DNA of 64,000 nt from Eledone cirrhosa (taxonomy: Eukaryota), in NCBI GenBank assembly GCA_964016885.1, contig OZ024740.1, positions 139,748,001-139,812,000 of the forward strand. Reading direction: 5' to 3'. Of this stretch, positions 12,666 through 24,894 are shown piece after piece. Below the pieces are notes generated by a model. That model worked only from the letters and a program-made list of their open reading frames with translations. It was not told the DNA's origin and searched no databases. The translations under genes and the position numbers were made by a program. Within the stretch, counting starts at the first letter, position 1, and the number at the start of each line of letters is the position of its first letter.

Positions 12666-12668
<3 letters not shown>
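12063..12668. repeat. Interleaved pair of inverted repeats
   Basis: 12063-12134 mirrors 12489-12562, and 12425-12472 mirrors 12617-12668. The latter sequence (tgaaaatggcgtgctgcg..) is a dispersed TA-associated family that also occurs at 53163-53283. Confidence 0.75.
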
Positions 12669-12710
<42 letters not shown>

Positions 12711-12798
12711 TAGCAGTTTAAAAACGGTGAATACTAATGTTTCAAGCTTTTTATCCATCTTCTGTGACTTTACGCACTTAGTACTGAGGCTAAGATGA

Positions 12799-12832
<34 letters not shown>

Positions 12833-13076
12833 TCATCTTAGCCTCAGTACTAAGTGCGTAAAAGTTACAGAAGATGGATAAAAAGCTTGAAATATTAGTG
12901 TTCGCCGTTTTCAAACTGCTACTGATGTGGCTGTGATATGATCACCGCTTACGGAATCATATCAAGACTTATTTATGTAAATAATAGACAAAAATATGGC
13001 AGATGATTTCATATACGCCTATAAAGTACCAGTAATGCACTAGGATAATTGCTGGCCTTGTGCCCAAAGTAGAAAC

Positions 13077-13126
<50 letters not shown>

Positions 13127-13129
<3 letters not shown>

Positions 13130-14287
13130 TCGTATAACGGAAATAAAAGACCATGTGACCTCTGCGCCGCTGAGGCCCTGGAAATACTCTACGCCACAGA
13201 CCACATCTTAAACAAAAAATCTGAGGCAATTTCGGCTTGTAAACATAAATTGCACAAAACTTTCCTCTATTACAGCCCCACATTATACCCTAACGGATAG
13301 TACGATCTATATGCGGATATTTTACGTCTTGATGTGGTAGCTAAGTTTATGTTATGTTTATACAATTACTTATTTGTATAGGTAAGTATATATTACCTCT
13401 ATGTTTTGTGAAGGTACGTATACTTTCTCGTACGTATATTTGATTGCATGTGTTATGGCGTATATTTTATATATTCTGGTACATATGCTTTTGGTTATGT
13501 GTATACGTGAGTTTTGCGTCTGTGTGAGTATGCAGGTTCGTACGTATGTAGGGTGTGTGTATATGTGTACTTCATATTTTGGTTGACGTACGTCTCCGAA
13601 CATATGTGTATTTACATGTAGGTATGTGTGTGCGCTTGTTATATACGTATTTATTTATTTATATACGTTTATTTAAGTATTTGTATACACGCACACACAT
13701 ACACACACATATATACGTGTGTGTATTTGTATACCTATGACGAGTGTTTTCGCGTATGCTTGTGTATGTACGTATATGTACGTGTATGTACGTATATAAT
13801 TTCAATTACCTCTGTATTTTATTTACTTTATTCTTAACTCTGAAGCCGAGAATCATTCTGTCTCCTAGTTAGAATTTTTGTCTACGACTTCAGTTATACC
13901 ATTTACGTGGTTTTGTCTTTGCGTACAATTGTTCTCCACGCTCCACATATGACGTATTATCTTCGTTTTTTCCGTTCATTGCCAGAGAACGTCTCTATGA
14001 ACCACCTAATAGAATATTAATCTACGACTTCTTTTATACCATAAACGTGGTTTTGTCTTTGCGTGTAATTGTTTTTCACCGCTCCAATTAATGACGTATT
14101 ATATTCGTTTTTTCCCGTTCTTTGCCAGGGAACGTTTCCACGAACCAAAGTATCGTCTTCCTGTCTTCCTCCGGTTGCAACGTTTTTTGAAATATTCACT
14201 TCTGCGTTCACAGATTGACTTTGTTAGTTTCAGAAGATCCCGTTAAGGGTGAAAGCAGCGATTCTTTGCTTAAACTTTAATCTCTTA

Positions 14288-14293
<6 letters not shown>
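13127..14293 (+). mobile_element. 5'-truncated Penelope-like element (left arm)
   Basis: 13127-13300 encodes RSYNGNKRPCDLCAAEALEILYATDHILNKKSEAISACKHKLHK...*. A ~1 kb 3' region follows, with an internal ~140-bp tandem duplication (13881-14004 / 14021-14147) and a terminal HHR motif. Flanked by (TA)n. Confidence 0.85.
14226..14276 (+). ncRNA. Type I hammerhead-like motif with variant core (CAGAAGA)
   Basis: Stem I agttt/aaact; core CAGAAGA instead of CUGANGA; stem II ccc-gttaa-ggg; GAAA; stem III gcag/ttgc; UU site. An identical mirror copy lies at 14359-14409 on -. Confidence 0.6.
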
Positions 14294-14340
<47 letters not shown>

Positions 14341-14347
<7 letters not shown>

Positions 14348-15685
14348 TAACAGATTAAAGTTTAAGCAAAGAATCGCTGCTTTCACCCTTAACGGGATCT
14401 TCTGAAACTAACAAAGTCAATCTGTAAACGCAGAACTGGATATTTCAAAAAACGTTGCAACCGGAAGAAGACAGGAAGACGATACTTTGGTTCGTGGAAA
14501 CGTTCGCTGGCTAATAACGGGGAAAAACGAATATAATACGTCATTAATAGGAGCGGTGAAAAACAATTACGCGCAAAGACAGAACCACGTTTATGGTATA
14601 AAAGAGGTCGTAGACTAATGTTCTCTTAGGTGGTGCATAGAGACGTTCTCTGGCAATGAACGAAAAAAAACGAAGATAATACGTCATATGTGGAGCGTGA
14701 AGAACAATAGCACGCAAAGACAAAACCACGTAAATGGTATAGCAGAAGTCGTAGACTAAATTCTAACTAGGAGACCGAATGAATCTCCGCTACGGAGTTA
14801 AGAATAAAGTAAATAAATACAATACAGAAGTAATAGAAATAAATAAATACATACACGCAAACAAATACGTACATACACAAGCGAAAACTTACCATAGGTA
14901 AACAAAACCACGCACATATAAATATGTGTGTGTGTGTAAGCGTGTATACAAATAAATAAATAATTATATAAACGTATATAAATAAATAAATACGTATATA
15001 ACAAGCGCACACACATACCTACATGTAAATACACGAATGTTCGGAGACGTAAGTCAACCAAAACATGAAGTACACATATACACACGCCCTACATACGTAC
15101 GAACCTGCATACTCACACAGACGCAAAACTCCCGTATACACATAGCCGAACCATATGTACCAGAATATATAAAAAAATTATACGCCATAACAATCAAATA
15201 TACGTACGAGAAGGTATACGTACCTTCACAAAACATAGAGGTAATATATACTTACCTATGCAAATAAGTAAAGGTATAAACAAAACATATACTTAGCTCC
15301 CACATCGAGACGTAAAATATCCACGTATAGATCGTACTATCCGTTAGGGTATAACATGGGGCTGTAATACAGGAAAGTTTTGTGCAATTTATGTTTACAA
15401 GCCGAAATTGCCTCAGATTTTTTGTTTAAGATGTGGTCTGTGGCGTAGAGTATTTCCAGGGCCTCAGCGGCGCAGAGGTCACATGGTCTTTTATTTCCGT
15501 TATACGATCTAGCCCTAGCTAGGATCTCCCAGTGTAACTTATATTGGGTGTGGTTGTCTTTTAGACTCCAGATATAAGCTGAAAGTGACGTCATATTCCT
15601 TCTTAGAGGGTAACGAAAAGAATGGGCATGCATGTAAAGACGCTGCTTGAATCTATTGGATTTTAGTCTTCAAATTTATTATTAT
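14341..15685 (-). mobile_element. 5'-truncated Penelope-like element (right arm)
   Basis: Inverted relative of 13127-14293, ~175 bp longer at its 5' end, flanked by (TA)n. Confidence 0.85.
15337..15651 (-). pseudogene. C-terminal part of a PLE GIY-YIG endonuclease (CxLC...CxH type)
   Basis: [32 protein letters not shown]...LHWEILARARSY...CDLCAAEALEI...LNKKSEAISACKH fits the known PLE endonuclease tail pattern FKxR..H..SFR..T.LS.YIW.LK..W.IL..Y..C.LC..E..LNK..E..C.H. Confidence 0.85.
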
Positions 15686-15762
<77 letters not shown>

Positions 15763-15786
15763 TATAATATATATATATACATATAC

Positions 15787-15869
<83 letters not shown>

Positions 15870-17269
15870 TATAATTGTTTCTAGTTTGGGCACAAGGCCA
15901 CCAATTATACTAGTGCATTACTGGTACTTTATAGGCGTATATGAAATCATCTGCCATATTTTTGTCTATTATTTACATAAATAAGTCTTGATATGATTCC
16001 GTAAGCGGTGATCATATCACAGCCACATCAGTAGCAGTTTGAAAACGGCGGACACTAATGTTTCAAGCTTTTTATCCATCTTCTGTGACTTTTACGTACT
16101 TAATACTGAGGCTAAGATGAGTTATCACTTTTTCATATTTACGTATGAAAAATCCCATGGAGCTGTAACATAAACAGTTGTTCTAAATATTTTTGAACAT
16201 TTTTAGATCATGTTGACAGCAACGGACATGTTTCGATCTTGTTTGACTTCCTCGTTAATACATATTCATTTAGTAAGTTGGCTTCACTAGTATGGTCAAT
16301 TATATAGGAAAAGTGGCTTACAAGCGAAAGAAAAAATACTTATCACACATCATGGAGGTTTGATATGTATATGAGCGGTTTGATTCGGATGTGCGATATT
16401 GACATTTCATATATGCAAAACTTATCAGATTGACTGATCGCTTCACTGCAGAGATAGTAACAGCTTCTAAATATGGCTAATTGTCATTGAATATAAGGCT
16501 CGGTTTTGTTGTCCATTTGCTGAATCGGTAGTTTAACAACTGCTGATGAATTGGAGACGATCCTTTGTCGCAGTGTCCAGAAATAATGCTTTTTCCTTTC
16601 GTTAGAAATTTCGGTTGAATTAAATTTCAGTGGAAAATTATTAACAGCCAATGACAACAGTATAACAGCTCAATTTTCTTATTAAAGGATACAGCAAGCT
16701 GCTGCAACGTGCATTTTCTCAGTGAGATAAAGATAGCAATGGTGTGATCTGAGTGAGTGAGAACGGGTTTAGACGAGAATATTGGGTAGGCCATTTCTCA
16801 GCTCCAGATCCATCAAGATTAAACTGGTGGAGTTTTGTTTGTCCCCGAACATGAAAATGTGCATATGCTAAGTAAATCTTCCCTTTATATCAATGTGTAA
16901 GTTCCATCAAATTTATCGGGATACCATCTCCTGAGATATGAGTCGCCCTATTGACTACTGCCATAGAAAAACGGAGTTCTCTCGGTGGACAGGTGAAGTT
17001 AGTCCAAAAGTTAGAAGTGGGTTTCTGGGATGTAGCGTGCATAGGTGTATATTTTCTTTTACTAGTGTAGCGTTCAGTCGTAATGGTAATTGTTGTTGGT
17101 GCGTGTTGTTGTTGTTCTTGCTGATGTTGTTATGTATCACCAATACCCAACCTTAGTCCGTCCTTATCAGGCAGAGCTATGATTAAAAAAAACATACTCG
17201 CTATGACAATTTCATCTATAATTACGTTTTTCAACGAGTTCATATTTTTATATGTAAAACTAAAATGTT

Positions 17270-17310
17270 ATTTGAATGTGATTTAGCTGCAATTTCTGGA
17301 AGGGCGAATT
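17270..17310 (-). repeat. Fragment of a dispersed repeat (..ctagaaatagcagccaaat..ctcaaatcacacc..)
   Basis: Related copies on + at ~21445-21510, ~51045-51100, ~58995-59160 and ~60165-60215. Confidence 0.45.
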
Positions 17311-17949
17311 ACCATGTAAAGGCTTCCGTGTTAGCTGGATAGGTGGTTTGCGGTGGTAAAGCAATCACCATAACAACAACAACAATAACAACAGTAGTAG
17401 AGATGGTTTTTGTTGTGAAGGCATCTGTTTTGGCATGTGGGGTGGGGTACTGATGGTAGTAGTGGTAGTGATGGTAGTTGTAATGGTGATGTGTTGACTC
17501 AAATAACAATATTTTCTTTAGACCAATCACGTCGTGTCGGGCAAGAATGTTGTAATTCTTTGTCTTTACCGCCACCACTAACCACGCCAACAACAAAAAT
17601 AACAACAGCAATAACAATAACTACAACACAAGCTGCAACAACACCATCAACATCACTACTAATAACAACAACCAAAACGGTAACAGCAAAAATAACAACA
17701 TCGGCAACAAAACCACCACCACCGTCATCCCCACCACCACCAACAACAACAGCAGTAACAACGACAACACCATCACAACTACACTCTCTTATATACCATT
17801 TCTTTCCCTCTTTCTTTCTTTCTCTTTGTCTCGTATTCTTCCTCCTTCTCATATTCCTCTTTTATCTTATCCTCGCTCTCTTCATTTTTTCCTCTTCAAT
17901 ATCCGACATATTTCGTTTCTTTCTGAGGAAAGACACTAGAAAAAGGGAT

Positions 17950-18155
17950 TGGAACTCTGTATGTGTTCAACCTCCGTCGATTCTGGTGTCGGGTGTTCCA
18001 GTTGTTTTGACCAACCCAACAGCCCGCTCGTGAAATTAATATGCAAGTGGTTGAGCGTTCCAACGTCACTTGTAACCCTTAACGTAATTCCCAGAGAGAT
18101 TCGGTTTGATACTATGTATGGTAAGACGGGCTCTTTGAGTTACAGATACAACTCA
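17950..18155 (-). mobile_element. Second Octopus-type SINE family, fragment
   Basis: ctcgtgaaattaatatgcaagtggttgagc..cccttaacgtaattc.cag.gagattc.g is the reverse complement of the gctgaatctccctgagaac.acgttaaggg unit repeated at 23330-24897. Other fragments lie at ~52540-52690 and ~59460-59535. Confidence 0.65.
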
Positions 18156-18163
18156 TTATTTTT

Positions 18164-18462
18164 TTGGCAGTATCGGTAGAGGGTCGGACGCCATGCTTTC
18201 CAGCATAGTTACGTCCCTTTACGGTCTGAGTTCAAATCCCGCCGAGGTTGACTTTGCCTTTCATCCTTACGGGGTCGATAAAATAAAGTACCAGTAATGC
18301 ACTGGATAATTGCTGGCCTTGTGCCTAAAGAAGAAACAATTATTTTTAGTTCAAATCCCGCCGAGGTTGACTTTGCCTTTCATCCTTATGGGGTCGATAA
18401 AATAAAGTACCAGTAATGCACTGGTTAATTGCTGGCCTTGTGCCTAAAGTAGAAACAATTAT
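18164..18462 (+). mobile_element. Young tRNA-derived SINE plus tandem partial copy
   Basis: Head ttggcagtatcggtagag (A-box-like), gagttcaaatcc (B box), core tttgcctttcatccttacggggtcgataaaataaagtaccagt and tail ccttgtgcctaaag.agaaacaattat (18164-18343). The 3' part is repeated at 18349-18462. Confidence 0.9.
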
Positions 18463-19379
18463 TTTTCTATCCAAGTGAACAACGTGAAATAAAGTGTTTT
18501 GTTCAAGGACAAAATGCGCAGTCGGAACTAGAACTCATGATTTTACGCTCGTGTGCCGAACATCCTAACCGCTACACCACACGCTTTCATTCTTGTCACT
18601 GTAACCGTTCAACATAAGATGCATTTGAGGAAGACCAGATGAAAAAAGTTACTAAATGTTACTCTTAGAAATATAAACACGTCTATCAGGATCAATGTGG
18701 AGAGGGGATAGATGGCTGTTTAGTGGATGGTGGTTGACTGGTTGACTAGCTGACTGGTTGGCTGTCTGGCTGGTTACTCTTTGAATGACACTAACCGGGA
18801 TGACGGAGGTGTTTCTCTTTTTTTCCATATTGTCCCCCACTTTTTAAAAGAATGTTTGATGTAGAGTTGGATGTGGGAGCTATAGCCCCAGTCACACCCG
18901 CAGCTTCGTGTTCCCTAGCTGAGACACTCAAATATTGCTGTCTTTCTTCAAACAGTCGTCTGCAAAACCAAAGACTGTCTATCAGTTTCTTTCGACAGCC
19001 GTCGGACGGTTCATGGTAAACAAATACATTTTTTTGAGAGTCTGACAATAGTGGACAAGACGAGTGACATATTGAAAATAGAGTGAGGTTGTTTAGAGGA
19101 AAATGTCTCATAAATCCCGGCTAACAGATATGCTGTCTATCTTAACATTCGGAATGGTGCTTTAAAATCCAAGTGCTACTCCCGCTCTAAAGATGGTGTA
19201 GTGTTGTTTCTATCCATACATGGGCCCTTAACTTATGGTGGAGCCATAGGGATATCACCAGGGCATTTAAACATGGTGGTACACGTCCCTCTCTGTTGAA
19301 ACAGTTGATTTCTTCCAGATAAAGGGAAAGGAGAGAAAGAGAGAGAAAAAGAAAGGTAGGCGGCACACCGACTCCACCA

Positions 19380-19520
19380 CTGGACTGGTACTTTATTTAT
19401 AGACTTCGAAAGGATGAAAGGCAAAATAGATTTTGGCATGATTTGACATCAGAGCACAGAGAGCTGGAATGAATAACGCAAGACATTCTATCCGACGTTC
19501 TAATGACTCTGCCATTTTGA
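19380..19520 (-). mobile_element. Degenerate SINE
   Basis: actggtactttattt..gaaaggatgaaaggcaaa matches the reverse complement of the SINE core. Confidence 0.7.
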
Positions 19521-19900
19521 CGTATTGTATACTGTTTATGTGAAGGAAATTTTGTGACTACATTGAGAAGGTCGAACTATTCAAACACCCCATCCTTTGT
19601 TATATATGATGTTATTAGGCATTCCATTTTCACGCCCACTCCAATAAAACTGTCAATGGATGAAATAATTTAGCTTATCTTGTTCCCATGAATCAAAAGT
19701 ATTTTGTGGGACACGTGGGTATCTCGCCTTTCTCTAGCATTAAGAGTATGAATGACTTCCCGCCCCCAGTGTGCGTGTGTATGTAAAGTTTGAGGAACCT
19801 GTAGCACACTGGAAAAACACTAGCTACTGGTTCAGTTTCAATAAATTATTAATCTCTACTATGGTATTCAGTATTCATGTTTGCATTCGCCAATACTAGT

Positions 19901-19950
<50 letters not shown>

Positions 19951-19955
<5 letters not shown>

Positions 19956-20096
19956 AACCAGTAAGACCCCGACAGCTGAGCTCAAACAAGCTCAGCTGTC
20001 GGGGTCTTACTGGTTCCTATTACCCACTCTACTACCTCAAGTATTGAGTACTTTGGTGCGTTATGGTCCACCTGGTTCCTTACCACATTTCCTTCG

Positions 20097-20099
<3 letters not shown>
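19951..20099 (+). mobile_element. Family A element in (TA)n with fold-back at HHR stem III loop
   Basis: Arms 19951-19982 / 19989-20020 with spacer caaaca. The remainder matches the reverse complement of 287-365. Confidence 0.8.
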
Positions 20100-20141
<42 letters not shown>

Positions 20142-20153
20142 CATACACACACT

Positions 20154-20229
<76 letters not shown>

Positions 20230-20233
<4 letters not shown>

Positions 20234-20717
20234 TCTATCGAGCTATAGCTACCAGAAGAATTAATATCATATACTCTGTAATGCACTAAATACTATCAAC
20301 AGGAAAACCCTTTCTACCAGGGACCTTTCAAAGGGGATCTTAATCCTCATAGTGTCAGAGCCGTGATACAATATATATTGTTCGACAATCCTAAACTAGT
20401 CGAAAACACATCCACACAGTATTAAAGGCATGATACAATTAAATAATATGAAATTAATTACGCACCCAATATAGAGATACTAAGAGGACATTTGTCATTA
20501 GACCACAATTACCCTCAATACCTAATTCTTGTCAAGTTTTGGCTACCAGATAAACTGTGTACTGTACTAAATACTTAATCCTATCAACAGAAAAACCTTT
20601 TTTACCAGAGACCCAGTGCTGAACACATGTAAGCTAAATAAGCTATGCCTCAGAGCCTCATTTTTAAATATATATTTTTATCATTAATTTTTATTCTTTA
20701 ACACTAAATCATCAAAA

Positions 20718-20720
<3 letters not shown>
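20230..20720. mobile_element. Unclassified element inserted between (TA)n tracts
   Basis: Internal repeat ctatcaacag.aaaacc.ttt.taccag.gacc (20293 and 20581). A related copy lies at ~25180-25250 (taccagagacctttcaa..gatcttaa..cagag). Confidence 0.5.
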
Positions 20721-20782
<62 letters not shown>

Positions 20783-21051
20783 AGGACGGTGGAAGCATTT
20801 CTGAACTGGGTGGATGGGGGGCAAATTTGGTCAATTTAGTTGTAGTGATTAGTTTAGCTGTTATTATCAAATATCAATTAAGATATATAAAAAAAACTTT
20901 GATATGCAATAAACATAACTTGTACAAATTGTAGCGCATATACAAATAGATGTGTGGTTTGGTAGTATAGGGAGAAAAATATAATTTTTTTTTTTGGGGG
21001 GGGGGGGGGGCATATCCCCCCCACCCTGGCCCATCCAGTTCCACCGCCCCT
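20783..21051. mobile_element. MITE with short GC-rich TIRs (hAT-like by inference)
   Basis: TIRs aggacggtggaa / ttccaccgcccct. A longer relative sharing caaatttggtcaatttagttgtagtgattagtttagct and catatacaaatagatgtgtg lies at ~62079-62440. Confidence 0.6.
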
Positions 21052-21054
21052 CTA

Positions 21055-21155
21055 CGGGGCCGATAAAAATAAAGTACCAGTAATATACTAGGGTCGATTT
21101 GATCGACTTTCCTCTTACCCATAATTGTTGGCCTTGTGCCTAAATCAGAAACCAA
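21055..21155 (+). mobile_element. SINE 3' half
   Basis: cggggccgataaaaataaagtaccagtaa..ggccttgtgcctaaatcagaaac. Confidence 0.75.
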
Positions 21156-22011
21156 TGTTTTCATTTTTAGTTTAACTTATTTGCCAGCCTATTTTCAAAA
21201 AATACATATAAAAAATCTTCCTTGGATCCAATGTGGCCGTATGACCGACCGGAGGCCGAATGGAGCAGGGTTATATACAAACTTTCTAGCGACAGTCAGT
21301 TTATATTTGTTCACCTTTTAAAATGGAATCTTTCTCCTTCGCAATGGAATGAATGTTATCTCGCAGCATATCAACCTATACATAAGTGCACCAAACAGTT
21401 CTGGAGCTAATTGCTAGCATATATTGTATAGGCCAATGTAGTAGAGCCTCTACATGGTAGCTAGGCATAGTATAAATAGCAGTCAATACTCCCTCAAACT
21501 TCACCATATGTATTATGTATGCGTCACTCTATATCTATCTGTATATACATATACGTTTAAATTTGGTGGTTTACCACTGGGGAGAATTGGTCATTCTGCA
21601 ATGTTAACCATGACATAATATGAGAAAAGCACTCGACGTTATGCGGCTCATCCATCTTTGATGTTGAATCATGTTGGTGCGGGAACGGAGTCAAATATAT
21701 TATAAAGTACACTGACAGGAGGCCAGACAGGTTGAATTTTTTTGATTATTTATTTCTGCAAACACTACAATGCACATTTCAGTGGCAAGGTTGCGTAAGA
21801 ACTCGGTGACATCTTCAGGTGTAAATTGCATAATAGATTATACCAACGGAATGATGGTAAACACATTCAAAGAGGCTTTAAGGGAAAAAAGCAAAGAAAA
21901 AACAAAGAAGAAAAAAAGTGTATTTTTGTTTTTGACCCAGAGACGATCGAAGCAACATGTTGTTATTATGCTCTTGGCTATTGTTTGCTATGTTAAACTA
22001 AGTGACAGACA

Positions 22012-22440
22012 GATTACATCTACCACCCCAGATAAAACATATAGCGTTCAGACTTCTCCAAATATGATCACCCTCACAGAATTTGCCTACCACCCCAGAT
22101 CAAGAAATAATACAGCGTTCAAACTTCTCCAAAGACGGTCACCCTCACGAATTTCGTCTACAACCCCAGATCAAGAAATAATAAAGCGTTCAGACTTCCC
22201 GAAGGGTGGTCACCCTCATGGATTTCGTCTACCACCCCAGATCAAGAAATACAGCTTTCAGACCTCTCCAAAGGCGGTCACCCTCACGGAATTTATCTAC
22301 CACCTCAGATCAATATATATATATATATATAGCGATCAGACCTTTCCAAATGTCGTCACCCTCGGAATTTTTCTAGCACCCCAGATCAAGAAATACAACG
22401 TGCAGACCTCTCCAACGTGGTCACATTCACAGATTTTTGT
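22012..22440. repeat. Minisatellite, ~55-60 bp unit, ~7-8 diverged copies
   Basis: Recurrent ctaccaccccagatcaagaaata..agcgttcagacttctccaaa..ggtcaccctcac.gaattt. It accounts for the repetitive 243-aa ORF. Confidence 0.9.
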
Positions 22441-22709
22441 TTTCTACATTGCACTCACAAGGCTTTCAGGTAAATATTTATTATATTACACATGTATTTG
22501 AGACAAGTGTAATAATGTCATTTATATAATTTTAAAAGGTAGGCATTTGATAAATTTCTTTAGAATTTTGAAGGCGAATTTACGTTTTTTCTACGATAAT
22601 TTTATGTATTTTGAACGAATCTGACCTTAAAACCGTTACAAATTATTCTTTATATGTCTCCCACCAACCCCCAAATTTCATAACACCCGTCTCGTAGAAA
22701 TATATAATA

Positions 22710-23095
22710 AGGATTTCTAATTTAGGCATATGATCAGTAATTTTGGAAGAAGATTAAAGTTAAGGACCCAGTACTTCGCTGGTACAAAAGGCCGGACTTT
22801 CATCTGCTGAAGCCCTTAGCTATATGAAATTTGAGACCCTATTTTTTATGATTTAATGTTAATAAATAAAAATTAATGATAGAATAAAAAATATTTATTT
22901 CAAATATAGCCGCTGAGGGTTTGTGGCCCTAAGCTATTGCTTATTTTAGCTTATAGGTAAGTCCACTACTACCTGTATGTTTTTTTTTTATCGAACCCAG
23001 AAGGGTGAAAGACAAAGTTGACCTCGGTAGGATTTGAACCCAGAACGAAAAGTGACAAAAGAAATATTGCATTGTACATTGTCCGACGTGTTGTG
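22710..23095 (-). mobile_element. Degenerate SINE interrupted by a ~185-bp MITE-like insert (22788-22972)
   Basis: SINE pieces ..ccagtacttcgctggtac and ttttatcgaacccagaagggtgaaagacaaagttgacctcgg are separated by an insert bounded by ggccggactt / aagtccact. Confidence 0.5.
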
Positions 23096-23599
23096 CTCAA
23101 GAACACCACACACAACCCGGTCCAGGAATCGAAATCCGCAACATTACGATCCTAACTCCAACACACTTACCACTAGGCCTAGCGAGCTTCTTATCCTTTA
23201 AGTAATCTGAATTCTCTTTTTCGCGTTGTTCTAATAATGGAGAGCGGCTTTCTATGAATAGAAATCTTTGGCACGAAACTGAACATAATCGAAGAATTTT
23301 ACACCAAGAATTTGAGAGTTCTAATCTATATAGTGAAGGTGAGTAGCTTAATGGTTAAAGTGTTCGGCTTATGATCGTAACTCCGTGAGTTCGATTCCAA
23401 GCAACGCATTTTGTTCTTGAGCAACATACTTAACTTCACTTTATTCTCGCTGGTGAAAAACAATCAAACATACCTGAAATTTAAAATGCCAAGCTTGTCA
23501 CCCGCTGTGTCATAGTGAATCTCCCTGAAAACTCTTAAGAAGCACGTGTCGGATGAATGCTCGCCCTTTTGCATTATATTACATACATGTTTTCCTGCA

Positions 23600-23738
23600 T
23601 AGTTACGTCCCTTTGCAGTCTGAGTTCAAATCCCGCCGAGGTTAACTTTGCCTTTCATCCTTACGGGGCCGATAAAATAAAGTACCAGTAATGTACTGGG
23701 TAATTGATGGCCTTGTGCCAAAAGTAGAAACAATTATA
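23600..23738 (+). mobile_element. Young SINE (5'-truncated) nested in the array
   Basis: Near-identical to 18207-18343. Confidence 0.88.
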
Positions 23739-23871
23739 TTACATACAAGATAGACTCCACCTGTAATTCATATGGCCTGCCATGTCACATATAGTGTCAT
23801 GCTGAATCTCCCTGAGAATTGCGTTAATAATGCACGCGTTTCAACCATTTACACTATAATACAAGGAGGGA

Positions 23872-24300
23872 CATCATCATCATCATCATCATCGTTTAAC
23901 GTCCATTTTCCACGCTTCCATGGCTTAGACGGTTTGTCCCGTAGTGAGACAAGCCACGTCGGAGGACCGTGTTTTGCTGACACAGAACTGGTTCTGGTTT
24001 GGTCTCTACAGCTGGATGCCCTTCCTAACGCCAACCACATTTACAGTGTGGACTGGGTGCTTTTTGTCGTGACACCTAGATGACCACTTTATAGTGTGGG
24101 CTAGGGTCTTGGGTAGGAGGAGATGCATGGGGAGATAGATCTAATAGTGGGCTGTTAGGGCGTGGGAAGTGTATGGGAGGGGTGATGGGGGGGAAGGTGG
24201 TGCATACTAGATGTAAGCCTCAGCCCCTGCATATGGGAAGGCAGGTCTTTTATATTATTGCATAGCGCCAGAGATCACGGTCCTCAGGTGTAATTGTGCA
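23872..24300 (-). mobile_element. RTE-related LINE/SINE 3' end with (ATG)n tail
   Basis: (CAT)n followed by cgtttaacgtccattttcca..gctggatgcccttcctaacgccaaccac, resembling RTE 3'-end sequence. It interrupts the tandem array. Confidence 0.55.
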
Positions 24301-24894
24301 AGGTCAATTCAAAGGACCAGACCCGAAATGCTGAATCTCCCTGAGAACTCGTTAAAGATACACGTTTCTATAGACTATTTAATCACTTACACTGTAATAC
24401 AAAAAGGATTTCCTGTAAATCAAAGGGTCAGTTATGTCACACACTGTGTCATGCTAAATCTCCCTGCGAATTACGTTAAGTGTGCGCGTGTTTGTGGGAT
24501 GTTCAGCCATTTAACACTATAATACAAGACGGACTGTACCTGTAATTCAAAGGGCCAGCCTTTCATACACACTATGCCATGCTGAATCTCCCTGAAATCT
24601 ACGTTAAGTGTACACGTGTCTGTGGAATACTCAGCCACTTACACTGTAATACAAAAACACTTACACTAAAGTACATTATGGACTGTACCTGTAATTGAAA
24701 GAGTCAAATATGTCACATACTTTGTCATGCTGAATCTTCCTGAAAATTATGTTAATTGTACACATGTCTGTGGAAAAGTTAATCACTTACAATTGTAATA
24801 CAAAAACGATTGTTCCTGTAATACAAACACTGTGCCATACACTGAATCTCTCTGAGAACTGCGTTAAGGGTACATGTGCCTGTAGAATGCTCGC

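Larger units (their letters stand above)
12831..16122. repeat. ~3.3 kb imperfect palindrome centred on (TA)n 14293-14341
   Basis: 12831-13080 mirrors 15873-16122 and 13127-14293 mirrors 14341-15510. 12706-12800 is a further inverted copy of 12831-12926. Confidence 0.92.

Noticed and set aside
16780-16860. Tc1/mariner transposase WP..SPD-like motif
   Set aside because: Only a vague resemblance, with no continuous frame or flanking DDE motifs
17437-18033. 198-aa ORF with Thr-rich stalk and hydrophobic stretch
   Set aside because: Composed of degenerate (ACA/ACC)n followed by a CT-rich tract and a SINE fragment
18164-18245. tRNA gene (A/B box motifs)
   Set aside because: It is the tRNA-derived head of a SINE repeated many times in the window, and no cloverleaf is evident
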